Shown piece by piece: positions 19,768-30,055 of a stretch of 64,000 nucleotides of DNA (positions within the stretch are counted from its first letter, which is position 1; the number at the start of each line of letters is the position of its first letter). The stretch is from Verrucomicrobiota bacterium (lineage in GTDB: Bacteria > Verrucomicrobiota > Verrucomicrobiia > Limisphaerales > AAA164-E04). The notes beneath the pieces were generated by a model that saw nothing but the letters and a program-made list of their open reading frames with translations, did not search any database and was not told where the DNA came from. The stretch is taken from the NCBI GenBank assembly GCA_047947115.1, contig CP170459.1:1824001-1888000 (forward strand), in the 5' to 3' direction. The position numbers and the translations under genes were made by a program.

Positions 19768-21176
19768 ACCGAATGAAAATCGATCGCCGAACCTTTTTAG
19801 GTAGCCTGGCCTCAGGTCTGAGCGGATTGGGATCGCTGTCGCTCAAGGGGCAATCCGTGGGGCTTGATTATCAGATTCCCGCGACAGCCAAGCGCGTCAT
19901 CTATCTCTTCATGGCAGGAGGTCCGAGTCAGTTGGAGACCTTTGACTACAAACCGGCGATGAAGGACCAGTTTGATCGGGATCTGCCGGATTCCATTCGC
20001 AGGGGGCAACGTGTTACCAACATGACCGCCAAACAAACCAGGTTTCCCATCGCTTCACCCTTCACCTCGTTTCAACAATATGGACAATTCGGCGCATGGG
20101 TGAGCGAGTTGCTCCCTTACACCGCTCGCATGGTGGACGATCTTGCGATCATCAAGACGCTTCACACTGAGGCCATTAACCATGATCCTGCCAAAACGCT
20201 TCTCTGTACGGGAAGTCAGTTGCCAGGCCAGGCGAGTCTGGGCGCCTGGCTGAGTTATGCATTGGGAAGCGGTAATCCGAATCTGCCGGATTTTGTGGTG
20301 CTGAATACTTCCCGTTGGACGGCCAATGTTTCCACTCAGGCTCTGTTTGCTCGCCTTTGGGGTTCGGGATTCTTGCCGTCCCGATATCAAGGAGTCACCT
20401 TTCAAAACAGCGGCGATCCGGTTCTTTATCTTTCCAACCCCGAGGGTATCGGTTCGGTAACCCGTGGGAAAATGATCGACCTGACCCGTGCACTCAATCG
20501 CAAACATTTGATTGAAATAGGGGACCCCGAAATAAGCACCACCATCGCGCAACAGGAAATGGCGTACCGCATGCAGGCATCCATTCCTGAATTGGCTGAC
20601 ATGTCACATGAACCTGCCTCCGTCAAAAGGCTATACGGACCGGACGTGGAAATTCCGGGTTCCTTCGCCTACAACTGCCTCCTCGCGCGACGTATGGCCG
20701 AGCGAAATGTTCGATGCGTCCAACTCTTCCATCGTGGCTGGGACCAGCACTCCGACCTGCCCGATCGGATCAAGGGTCAATGCCTCGACACCGATCAGGC
20801 CAGCTACGCTCTCATCACCGATCTGAAACAGCGGGGCTTGCTCGACGACACCCTCGTCGTCTGGGCAGGCGAATTCGGACGCACCATCTACTGCCAGGGG
20901 AAACTGACCCAAACCAACTTCGGCCGCGATCATCATCCACGATGCTTTTCCGTCTGGATGGCGGGTGGCGGAGTGAAAGGCGGCATCACGCACGGTGAAA
21001 CCGACGAGTTCAGTTACAACATCGTCCGCGACCCCGTTCACATCCACGACTTGAATGCCACCATCCTCCATTGCCTCGGTATCAACCACCGCAAACTTAC
21101 ATTTCCATTTCGCGGGCTGGATGCGAGATTGACGGGAGTGGAGCCTGCGAGGGTGGTTCGACCGGTGCTTGCATAG
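19764..21176 (+). CDS. DUF1501 domain protein (Tat signal)
   Basis: [45 protein letters not shown]. Confidence 0.92.
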   Translation: MNRMKIDRRTFLGSLASGLSGLGSLSLKGQSVGLDYQIPATAKRVIYLFMAGGPSQLETFDYKPAMKDQFDRDLPDSIRRGQRVTNMTAKQTRFPIASPFTSFQQYGQFGAWVSELLPYTARMVDDLAIIKTLHTEAINHDPAKTLLCTGSQLPGQASLGAWLSYALGSGNPNLPDFVVLNTSRWTANVSTQALFARLWGSGFLPSRYQGVTFQNSGDPVLYLSNPEGIGSVTRGKMIDLTRALNRKHLIEIGDPEISTTIAQQEMAYRMQASIPELADMSHEPASVKRLYGPDVEIPGSFAYNCLLARRMAERNVRCVQLFHRGWDQHSDLPDRIKGQCLDTDQASYALITDLKQRGLLDDTLVVWAGEFGRTIYCQGKLTQTNFGRDHHPRCFSVWMAGGGVKGGITHGETDEFSYNIVRDPVHIHDLNATILHCLGINHRKLTFPFRGLDARLTGVEPARVVRPVLA

Positions 21177-21314
21177 AAATTTCCCATATTTCCAGGAGTG
21201 TTCATGTGGGGTTGTAGTCTCGTGTGTTGACAATGGTATAGCTAAACTTTCAACATCGGCACATGCAAAGGAGACGTCCATGGACCAAGTGTCGAGGTAC
21301 AACAATGAGGCCAT

Positions 21315-24300
21315 ATGAACAAAAACAAAGCATTTGACTGCATTCACTTTTTAAGACCGTCCTTGCTTATTGGCTGCCTGTTGGTGTTTGTGCTGTCGAT
21401 TTCCCGGGTGGTGGCTGTCGATTGGCCGACCTATCGCGGTGGCAGCGAGCGACACGGATTTGTTCAAGAGAATATAGCAAATCGTTATGATCTCCTATGG
21501 ACTCATACGCCTCGAGTTGCGCCACATCCTGCCTGGCCTGCTCCGGCTCGAAGAAGTTATTGGCAACGCTTGGAAAGCATCTTGCCGCGGGTGAGTGATG
21601 ATGCAACGTTTCAGCCAGTGATCGCCAACGGCAGGGTGTATTTTGGTTCTTCTGCGGATGACCATTTGTATTGTTTAAATTCAGCTACAGGGCAAGAACT
21701 CTGGTCCTTTTGTTCCGATGGTCCGATTCGATTCGCTCCGTTCGTTACAGATGATTGCGTTTATGTCGGTAGTGATGACGGTAAACTCTATTGCCTGAAT
21801 CCCAGGAATGGCAAGGTTCGCTGGAGTCGGCGTATAGCGGATGAGGATCGGCGAATTTCTGGCAACGGGAGACTGATCTCCGCGTGGCCCGTACGCACAG
21901 GTTGTGTGGTTCAAGATGGTTCGGTCTTTGCTACGGCTGGATTGTTTCCTCAGCAAGGAACCTGGGCTGTTTCGCTGGATGCGACATCCGGCGAATTGCA
22001 TTGGAAACAGACTTTGGATGCTTCGCCGCAGGGTTATTTGCTTGCATCCGATGAAATGCTTTATGTGCCCACTGGACGCGGGAATCCGATTGCGCTGGAT
22101 CTTTCTACAGGTCAGATTCGAAAGCAGTTCAACGGCGTTGGCGGGACCTTTGCCGTGGTAAGCGACGGAGCTTTGCTGGCCGGTCGTGGCAACGATGGTA
22201 CGCTGGAAGTATCTGAAGTTGCGTCGGGTGAGCGGATTGTTCAAATCAAAGGCACACAATTGGTGATCACGGCACAACATTCAGTGTTTTATGATCAGCC
22301 GAATCTAACTGTCATTGATCGCAAACAACATTTCCAATTAAACCGAAGGATTCAACGTTTGAATGCGGAATCGGCTTCGGTGAATCGTCGGTTACTATCC
22401 CTCAAAACAAACGATGAAGCTGCTCCCCTCTTGAGAAATCGTGCCGTTGATTTGGCGCAACAACTGGATGTGACCAAGCGTCAGCTGCTCGACTGTCTAC
22501 TTTTGAAAACTGAGATTGGATCCTGCACATCGATGTTGGCTTCAAACCAAAAAGTTGTTGTTGGGCGTTCGGGAGGCTTCGATATTTACGATTTGACCAA
22601 CGGTTCCAGAGTCTTCACGCATGAAATCGATGGATCGGTTTTGGGACTGGCATTTTCCAATGGGCGGCTATATGCGGTTGATGATCAAGGTCGGGTGTGC
22701 TGCTTTGGCGAACAAGGCGAATCAAAAGCGCTCCATGATCCGGTTGATGTGATTGAGCCCAAGAGCCCGGTCCATCCGAAACAGTTTGGGCTGATCATTG
22801 GTATTCCTGTGGAACCAGTAATTAAGAAACTGGTTGAACAAGCTGAAATACATTGGACGATCATTGGACCAGATGAGACGTCCATCCAGCTGTTCAGAAA
22901 ATTTTGCCAACAGGAGGGGATCTACGGTTCCCATGTTGGAGCACATTGCATTCCGGCGGGTCTTTTGCCCTTCACCCATTTCATCTTCAATGAAGTCAGG
23001 TTGATGCCGGGGAGTGAGACTCTTTTTCCAATGAAGGAACTCCGGCGATTGCTTCGTCCGCATGGAGGGAAGTTGAAGTCTCATGATGGAGAGGTTCGCT
23101 ATGAAAAAGGAGGTTTGCCAGGGGAGGGAACATGGACTCATTTGTATGGTAATCCCGGTAACACGAGTCACAGCGGTGATGATTGGACGGACGATGAACT
23201 GAAACTTCAATGGTTTGGCGGGCCAGGACCGAGAAGAATGGTGGATCGGCATTTGCGTGGGCCGGCTCCATTGTCTGAGGATGGCGTGATGATCATTCCC
23301 GGCGAAAATGTATTGATCGGGATGGATCCCTATCATGGAGGTGAACTATGGCAACTGGATCTGCCTCCTTCACAGCGTTACTCCATGCCCTATGACGCCG
23401 GGTACATGAGCTTGTCGAACGGTACGCTGGCCATTGCTGTGAATGACGTGTGTTGGATGGTGGATGCAAATTCCGGAAAACGTAAGGAGGTGTTTACTTT
23501 GCCAGGCAGTCCGGTCAATAAACATTGGGGTTATGTTGTGCTTCAAGATGATTACTTGATCGGTTCCATACAAAAGGCCTCGGCATCCCGTACGTCCCCG
23601 AGTTATGAGCAGATCGATCAGGATTACCGAAATGCTCAACCGATCGTGACCAGTGAATCCTTGTTCCGTTTGGACCCGAAGACAGGGCACTTGGATTGGA
23701 GGTATGAAGGAGGTGTTATCTTGAATCCTACCTTGACGATGTCTGAATCGGCGGTGTGCTTCATTGAGACCCAAAACAGTCGGGCAAAAGTCAGCCCCGA
23801 CGGACGTGTTCCGTTGGGAGACTGCCTTGTGGATGGAGCCCAAGTCGTCGCTTTGTCGATTGAAACAGGTGAGCCCATGTGGAGGCGCCCGGTGCCGGAG
23901 TTTCTGATGGAATCACGTAATATCGTCTATCTTTCGACGTTTGATAATCGTCTAGTTATTTGCGGTTCCTACCTCAATGGTCAGTTGGATTCCACATATT
24001 TGGTTGCCTGTCTTGATACGAACGATGGGAGCGTTATCTGGAATGCTTCACACGACAAGGGCAAACCAGGGGAATCTTTTCACGGGGAACAACTGCATCA
24101 TCCGGTGATCATGGAGCCCTACCTCATCACTGAGCCGGTAATCTACCAATTATCCGATGGACGACCAGTAAGTGCATTCGACACATCGGAACCTTGGATG
24201 CTTCAACGTCCCGGGCATAGTTGCGGGACCTTGTCTGCGGGTGGTGCGTGCTTGTTTTTTCGCGCCACCAATCCGACGGCATTGGATCTATCCGCTAATC

Positions 24301-24476
24301 TCCAACAGGGAGATGCCCCGACCAAGTTATCTCCGAGTCGAACCGGTTGCTGGATCAATATTATCCCCGCTTGCGGCCTGGTTCTCATCCCTGAAGCAAG
24401 TGCTGGTTGTGTCTGTCATTTTTCGCTGCAGACGTCGATGGGATTCCTTCCGTCGAGCCATTGGAAATCTCGGTGA
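21315..24476 (+). CDS. Large secreted PQQ-like beta-propeller repeat protein
   Basis: Signal peptide, DWPTYRG, repeated LYCL...TG..LW units, second WTHLYG..N unit, Cys-rich C-terminus RTGCWIN...SAGCVC. Confidence 0.8.
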   Translation: MNKNKAFDCIHFLRPSLLIGCLLVFVLSISRVVAVDWPTYRGGSERHGFVQENIANRYDLLWTHTPRVAPHPAWPAPARRSYWQRLESILPRVSDDATFQPVIANGRVYFGSSADDHLYCLNSATGQELWSFCSDGPIRFAPFVTDDCVYVGSDDGKLYCLNPRNGKVRWSRRIADEDRRISGNGRLISAWPVRTGCVVQDGSVFATAGLFPQQGTWAVSLDATSGELHWKQTLDASPQGYLLASDEMLYVPTGRGNPIALDLSTGQIRKQFNGVGGTFAVVSDGALLAGRGNDGTLEVSEVASGERIVQIKGTQLVITAQHSVFYDQPNLTVIDRKQHFQLNRRIQRLNAESASVNRRLLSLKTNDEAAPLLRNRAVDLAQQLDVTKRQLLDCLLLKTEIGSCTSMLASNQKVVVGRSGGFDIYDLTNGSRVFTHEIDGSVLGLAFSNGRLYAVDDQGRVCCFGEQGESKALHDPVDVIEPKSPVHPKQFGLIIGIPVEPVIKKLVEQAEIHWTIIGPDETSIQLFRKFCQQEGIYGSHVGAHCIPAGLLPFTHFIFNEVRLMPGSETLFPMKELRRLLRPHGGKLKSHDGEVRYEKGGLPGEGTWTHLYGNPGNTSHSGDDWTDDELKLQWFGGPGPRRMVDRHLRGPAPLSEDGVMIIPGENVLIGMDPYHGGELWQLDLPPSQRYSMPYDAGYMSLSNGTLAIAVNDVCWMVDANSGKRKEVFTLPGSPVNKHWGYVVLQDDYLIGSIQKASASRTSPSYEQIDQDYRNAQPIVTSESLFRLDPKTGHLDWRYEGGVILNPTLTMSESAVCFIETQNSRAKVSPDGRVPLGDCLVDGAQVVALSIETGEPMWRRPVPEFLMESRNIVYLSTFDNRLVICGSYLNGQLDSTYLVACLDTNDGSVIWNASHDKGKPGESFHGEQLHHPVIMEPYLITEPVIYQLSDGRPVSAFDTSEPWMLQRPGHSCGTLSAGGACLFFRATNPTALDLSANLQQGDAPTKLSPSRTGCWINIIPACGLVLIPEASAGCVCHFSLQTSMGFLPSSHWKSR

Positions 24477-24788
24477 CTGGTTGTATGTAGTATCAGATCG
24501 CAAGGTGATTCACTCCTAAGCCGGTGCCTTTGTCTGGATCCTTCCATCAATCAAATGAAATTTAAAATCACCAATACTGAATTTTAAAAGTTGGTTTCAA
24601 ATGACGGTTCGGGTATATATGGGCCCGAACGCGAGGAGGTTCATAGGTAGGTTTTCCCTAAATGGCGGGGGGTATCTTTGGTATTCATCCAAAGCGAATT
24701 ATCCGCCAAATTGGATGGCCTTATGTCTCATGTTGCCTGGGGCGAAGGGTGATGTTGAAGACCCTGTTGACCAAGAAGAATTACCAAA

Positions 24789-26123
24789 ATGACAAACATT
24801 CCAAATACTCACATGACCAAGCTTTCAGTCTTCAGATCCTACAATGATTGTTCCGTTGCAAATTATCTGCACCGTCCAGCCAACCTGATTTTATTGGGCA
24901 TCCTGACACTTTTGCTCAATGTACCGTCAATTGTTCGGGCGCAGGAATATGAACCTGTGACGGCCTTAAATGTTGAAATCGAAGTCGAATCCTTGAAACT
25001 CAAGGTGATTCCACTCGAGAAAAGCGAGTTGCTTGTTGAAACCGAAGCTTGGCAGGAATTGTTGAAAGCCAAGGCAACAGAAATTGTTGATCTGGAAATT
25101 CAGGAACGCTCCGCGGAGGGAACGGACAGGGCATCCATTTCTCAAAGCATACAGGATTTGATACGGGAGCGGACCCTCCTTGCTGACCGGATGATCGTGG
25201 TCATGAACGCCTATGCTGCCAAAGGCGGAGAAGTTGCTGATTACAAAAATTACATTCGCAGTGTGACCGGCATTTCATTTGACATTAAAGATGTCGGAAA
25301 AACCAGTTCCCGAGCTTTGTTTTGGTTGAAATCCGAAGAGGGTGGCATGAGGTGGGCTGGGAACCTCGTTTCCTTTTTCCTGATACTGGTGGTTTTTTGG
25401 TTTCTTTCTCTTGTGATGGGGAATATTTCCCGAAAAACCATGAACCGCCTTGCAAGTCGATCATCCGAATTGCTCAAAGACTTTTTTGGCGGAGCGGTTC
25501 GTAAACTTGTTTTTCTGATCGGCATCATCGTAGCGTTGGATGTCATCGGGATAGAAAGCGGACCTTTTCTCGCAACCTTTGGAGCGGTGGGGTTCATTCT
25601 CGGATTTGCATTGCAGGGAACTCTGGGCAATTTGGCTGCCGGTATTATGATTCTGCTTCATCGTCCCTATGACATTGGAAATTTTGTCACTGCGGGAGGT
25701 GTGACGGGAAAGGTTACGAGCATGAATTTGGCGTCCACCACTTTCTTAACCGGAGACAATCAGGTGGTTATTGTCCCAAATGGCACCATATGGGGTGATG
25801 TGATTACCAATGTGACCGGGAGTGAAACCCGTCGAGTTGATATGGTTTTTGGTATTGGTTACGGGGATGATATGGACAGGGCGGAGGCACTGCTCGCAGA
25901 AATAACATCCCAGCACCCGAAGGTGCTCAAAGACCCATCTCCCACCATCAAAACAAACGAATTGGCCGATTCTTCAGTCAATATCATCTGCCGTCCCTGG
26001 GCTAAAACTTCCGATTACTGGGAGGTTTACTGGGATATTACCAAACAGGTCAAAAAACGCTTTGATGCGGAGGGGATTTCAATTCCTTATCCTCAGCGTG
26101 ACATTCATCTTCACCAACAGTGA
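24789..26123 (+). CDS. mscS: Small-conductance mechanosensitive channel with N-terminal extension
   Basis: GFALQGTLGNLAAG, RPYDIG, VPNG, RRVD..FGIGY.DD, ELADSSVN, GISIPYPQRDIH. Confidence 0.9.
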   Translation: MTNIPNTHMTKLSVFRSYNDCSVANYLHRPANLILLGILTLLLNVPSIVRAQEYEPVTALNVEIEVESLKLKVIPLEKSELLVETEAWQELLKAKATEIVDLEIQERSAEGTDRASISQSIQDLIRERTLLADRMIVVMNAYAAKGGEVADYKNYIRSVTGISFDIKDVGKTSSRALFWLKSEEGGMRWAGNLVSFFLILVVFWFLSLVMGNISRKTMNRLASRSSELLKDFFGGAVRKLVFLIGIIVALDVIGIESGPFLATFGAVGFILGFALQGTLGNLAAGIMILLHRPYDIGNFVTAGGVTGKVTSMNLASTTFLTGDNQVVIVPNGTIWGDVITNVTGSETRRVDMVFGIGYGDDMDRAEALLAEITSQHPKVLKDPSPTIKTNELADSSVNIICRPWAKTSDYWEVYWDITKQVKKRFDAEGISIPYPQRDIHLHQQ

Positions 26124-26197
26124 TCCGAAGTTGCTGGAACGAGCTGGTAAATCACCGAAGGAATGGAACCTTCGAAACATGATCGATTGGGCTCAGC

Positions 26198-27085
26198 TCA
26201 AGGTTCAATCCATCCCGATAGCTCCACCACCACCGGGTAGTGATCCGATATCGTTTCAATTTGTTTCGCCAGTAAAATGGTGCCCGACGTGGAATATTTG
26301 GCAAGGAGTGGATCAGAGAAGATGAAATCGATGCGGTAACGTTTTAATTGCAACTCCTCCCAGTCCTTTGACCATTCGGGAATGGTAATGGGCGAAGGGC
26401 AGGAGATTTTGGCCATCGGGTCATGCTTGTGAACCAGATCCACGAAACCCTTGGCTTCAACCAGGTCAACAAACGTGTAATCGGGGTTTCTTTTTGTCGC
26501 ATTCGCGGTGAGAAAGGCTTCGTCTTTCCGCGAGCAACCGTTGAAATCTCCCAGAATAATGACTCGTTCCTTTTGATCTACCAGTTGGGTGGCTCGATAG
26601 AGAATTTCGTTTACATCCTCAAACTTTCCTGGCCAAAAGTGGACGACGAAGAAGTGGATTCCATGTGATTTACAGTGAAGGAATCCGTGATGATACGCCT
26701 TGAATTCGCGGGCTATTACGTCTATGGGTTCATTTGATGTCAGTCCAACGGGGAATCCATCCTCCTTATGCGTCACAGCATGGAAATGGTCCCATAATCC
26801 GGCTTGCTCCCCGAGACGTGCCTCGGAGATTCCATTCAATTCCTGAAAAGCTATGACATCGGGGTGCTGGGTATTTAACCATTCGCTTGCTTCTTCAATG
26901 GATTGATGGTGATTGAAGCCATAAAGGACATTCCAATTGATGATCTTCAATGAAGAATCTTCGGCAGCTTGAGAGATGCCCGGCAGCATAACCGATAATA
27001 GAGTCAGGACAATTGTTGCGATGCGAGATGTGTGTCGGACGCCTTGCCTGGAGACATCCAAATTCCGGCTAGTTGGCTCATTCAT
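26198..27085 (-). CDS. Secreted endonuclease/exonuclease/phosphatase family protein
   Basis: WNV, DVIAFQE, ILGDFN, RIDFIF, SDHYPV; signal peptide. Confidence 0.88.
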   Translation of the reverse strand: MNEPTSRNLDVSRQGVRHTSRIATIVLTLLSVMLPGISQAAEDSSLKIINWNVLYGFNHHQSIEEASEWLNTQHPDVIAFQELNGISEARLGEQAGLWDHFHAVTHKEDGFPVGLTSNEPIDVIAREFKAYHHGFLHCKSHGIHFFVVHFWPGKFEDVNEILYRATQLVDQKERVIILGDFNGCSRKDEAFLTANATKRNPDYTFVDLVEAKGFVDLVHKHDPMAKISCPSPITIPEWSKDWEELQLKRYRIDFIFSDPLLAKYSTSGTILLAKQIETISDHYPVVVELSGWIEP

Positions 27086-27333
27086 CAGGGAAAATACAAA
27101 TCAAGTTGCGAGTGCCATTCGTCAAGTGGACTGAATATGAAGAAGTTTCTCTTGGCCGCGCCTGACTCTTTCAAGCATGTCCATAGCGGTGTTCGTCCTG
27201 ACACATGGCGTAGGATTCTGGTTGTGATGAGTCATGTGCATTTTGGCGGTGCGGGTCAAATCCTCAATATGATGGGAAACGTCACCTTTGATGTTGTTGG
27301 CCATCAGGTCTTGATGAAACCGTTTGCTTATGT

Positions 27334-29718
27334 TCAATCCTTCCGGCTGATGGCGAATGCTTCCTCTGATTGGACCGGGAGTTTGAGCAGTCGCACGGAT
27401 TCTTTCAGGAGAAAATCGGGATCGTTGAAGGGTTCGCAACTGATGTCCTGCCAGCGGACCAGGCCGTCACGGTCGATCAGAAAGGTTCCGTGCAATGGTT
27501 GATTCTCAAAGTCGTCGAAGGCTCGGTAGGCTTTGAAAATATCAAGTTTGGAGTCGGATATCAAGGGGAAGGGGAACCCGCCTGCAAGTGGATTTTCGTC
27601 CAGAAATTTCTTCAAGTCTGCATCCGGTTCATATCCGTTTACTTTCCCCTTCAATTGACTGACTTCATCAGTGCTAACCGCAACCAGTGAGATGCCAGCG
27701 TCGAGAAAGTCCTTCGTTTTCGGAGCAAAGGAGGTGAGCTGTTCGGCGCAATGAAGGCAGCCGTGGCCGAGGTAAAAGATCACCACGACGGGTTTCCCTT
27801 TGTATTGATTCAGGCCCACGGATTCGCCGTCGGCATTCGGCAAACTCCAATCTGGAGCTGGTTGTGGTGTGTAGCGAAGCGGGCCTATGCTGTCCAGTGA
27901 GGGGCGTTCCCCGACATCCGGGGAAAGCTGCTTGGCGACCCGCCAATCCGTAGGGAAATCGAGAGCCGCGGCGACTTCTGATAGCCTTTGGAATGGGGGA
28001 TGTGTCAGGTCGTCGATATCACTGGAAATCTCACGCAATTTGGCGAATGCTTCGCCGGCTTCTTCTGTCTTTCCGACGCCTTTCACCTGATCAAGGAGGA
28101 TTTTGGCGGTTTCGCTTGTGCCGACCAATAGCCCTGAGTAGGCGGTCAGTTCGGTGACAGCTTCGTTGAGTGACTTGATCCGGTTATCGAATTTTTTTCC
28201 GGCGTCTGCCTTGGCTTTGTCAATTTCTTCTGCCGGTTTCTTGGCATCCCTGGCTTCTTTTTCCGCGTTGTTACTTGCTGTCGTTTGCTCGGTTTGCACT
28301 TGCGCCAACCGCCCCTGCAGCTCGACGAGCTGGGCCAGAAGTTGGGCGGAATTTTCTTTCTCAAAATGAGCGATTCCCAGAGCGCGGATCCGTTTGTCCT
28401 GTTCTTCCGGCAGATCTGTGGGTTCCAGATACATGGTCTCGCTGAGATGGATCAGCTTGTCCCACATCTCGAAACGCTGGAGCACTTGAAACAACCTTTC
28501 GCGTCCATACGATGCGCTGCGTCCGCGCCGGGCAGCCGTGTTGTACTGGGGATGCCGCGGATGCTCGACCAAATTGGCAGCGATGGCGAGCGCGTCGCCC
28601 GATCGGCCAATATGAATCAAATTGCGGGTCATCCACTCCTGGTTGTGCGCATAGTTGTGGATCTGGTCCGGCATGACGCGATCACGCTCCATGTGGGCGT
28701 GATCAGCTCGCGAAGAGGCTTCCTGTTGCCATACGGCGTCGCTGTATCGTTTCAAGCGGGAATAGATATGTCCGGGCATGTGCCAAAGATGAGCAATGCT
28801 GGGACCAGACTGGCCACCTCGCGCCGCTGAACCAAGAGCGCGTTCTGGTTTCTCGCGATCCCATAGGTGAATCCGATAATGATGGGCCGGGTGCATGGGG
28901 TTCAAGTCAAACACCTGATCCAGGATCGCATCGACCGCCTGGTGGCTGACGATGGGGAGATTGCGGTTGAATTGATACAGTCGCACGGTCAAAAACGCTT
29001 TGGCTTCGATGTCATCAGGGTATTCGGGGATGATTTCTTCCAGACTTCGGATGTAGTTTTGTTCGGCGGTCTTGGCATTGTCCTTTTTGGATTTCAGGTA
29101 GGCATCGAGTCCGTCGATCCAAAGGTGTTCGCGTTTGCCGGCGTTTTCCTTTTTTTCAACAGCTTTCTCGATGAAGCCTGTTGCACGTTTTTCGTTTTCG
29201 AAGTTGGCCATCGCCATGCCCCAGTACGCCATGGCGCATTCGGGATCGAGCTTGGCGACCTGACGGAAGGATCGTTCCGCCTCGAAATACCAAAAACCGT
29301 GTAGCTGGCCGATTCCCTGATTGAAGAACTGTTGAGCGAGAGCAACGTTTGTCGAGACCGGAAAACTGACATTCCCAGTGCCACCCATAAGGTAAGCCTT
29401 TTGCCTGGGACCTTCGTTGAAGGCTTCCCCGTGGAAGGAGTGTCCTTCGAGTATATCCTTCGGACCGCTAGTCTGGTCTGTCGATTCGGTTGCTGACTTC
29501 TCTTGAAGATCCGCACCATTCTGCGCAAGGACCTTTTGAGGTGCCAGAACAGCAGTGAGGCCGAAGGCGATGATGATCATGGTTGCGGCCGTTGACAGTG
29601 GTGGACATGTCCGCGGTCTGATATTTGCGGTTCCTGACTTTTTCAAAATTCTTTTCATTTCGGTTTCCATTGGCTTATCGACGGGCTGAATAAGTCGATC
29701 CTTTCCTTTTCGGTGCAC
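27334..29718 (-). CDS. Secreted TPR-repeat protein fused to C-terminal redoxin (AhpC/TSA-like) domain; start uncertain
   Basis: AQQFFNQG...F...EA.RSF TPR-like unit; His-rich motifs; C-terminal APDWSL...GKPVVVIFYLGHGCLHC...HGTFLID. Confidence 0.8.
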   Translation of the reverse strand: MHRKGKDRLIQPVDKPMETEMKRILKKSGTANIRPRTCPPLSTAATMIIIAFGLTAVLAPQKVLAQNGADLQEKSATESTDQTSGPKDILEGHSFHGEAFNEGPRQKAYLMGGTGNVSFPVSTNVALAQQFFNQGIGQLHGFWYFEAERSFRQVAKLDPECAMAYWGMAMANFENEKRATGFIEKAVEKKENAGKREHLWIDGLDAYLKSKKDNAKTAEQNYIRSLEEIIPEYPDDIEAKAFLTVRLYQFNRNLPIVSHQAVDAILDQVFDLNPMHPAHHYRIHLWDREKPERALGSAARGGQSGPSIAHLWHMPGHIYSRLKRYSDAVWQQEASSRADHAHMERDRVMPDQIHNYAHNQEWMTRNLIHIGRSGDALAIAANLVEHPRHPQYNTAARRGRSASYGRERLFQVLQRFEMWDKLIHLSETMYLEPTDLPEEQDKRIRALGIAHFEKENSAQLLAQLVELQGRLAQVQTEQTTASNNAEKEARDAKKPAEEIDKAKADAGKKFDNRIKSLNEAVTELTAYSGLLVGTSETAKILLDQVKGVGKTEEAGEAFAKLREISSDIDDLTHPPFQRLSEVAAALDFPTDWRVAKQLSPDVGERPSLDSIGPLRYTPQPAPDWSLPNADGESVGLNQYKGKPVVVIFYLGHGCLHCAEQLTSFAPKTKDFLDAGISLVAVSTDEVSQLKGKVNGYEPDADLKKFLDENPLAGGFPFPLISDSKLDIFKAYRAFDDFENQPLHGTFLIDRDGLVRWQDISCEPFNDPDFLLKESVRLLKLPVQSEEAFAISRKD

Positions 29719-30055
29719 TTGTCAAGATCACAAATGCTGCAAATCTATGAAAGAGGTATGGTTCAGAGTGGTGGGATATCGACACGATCCCGATCGTAAG
29801 TGCAATGGTGTATCCGCACAACGCAACGGTCGTTTGAACGCCTCACCACGCTCGCGGACCCGCGGCAGCGGATCCCTGCCTTTAACGGATGCCACTCTCA
29901 TGGAAGAATATTGCCCGATCGTCCCTGCGTGCTATGGTGTGTCTATCTTCTCATTCCGGTGGGACCAGTTATTCGAAGAACTGAAAGATCATTGGGACGA
30001 AAAGCATTATTGGATGGGAATTCTTGAATTGGAAAAATTGAAAGACAAAAAAGTG

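Noticed and set aside
29747..30055. N-terminal extension of the CBM-like ORF, or a remnant of an ABC substrate-binding gene
   Set aside because: The signal peptide begins at 30056; the upstream similarity is too short and frameshifted to call
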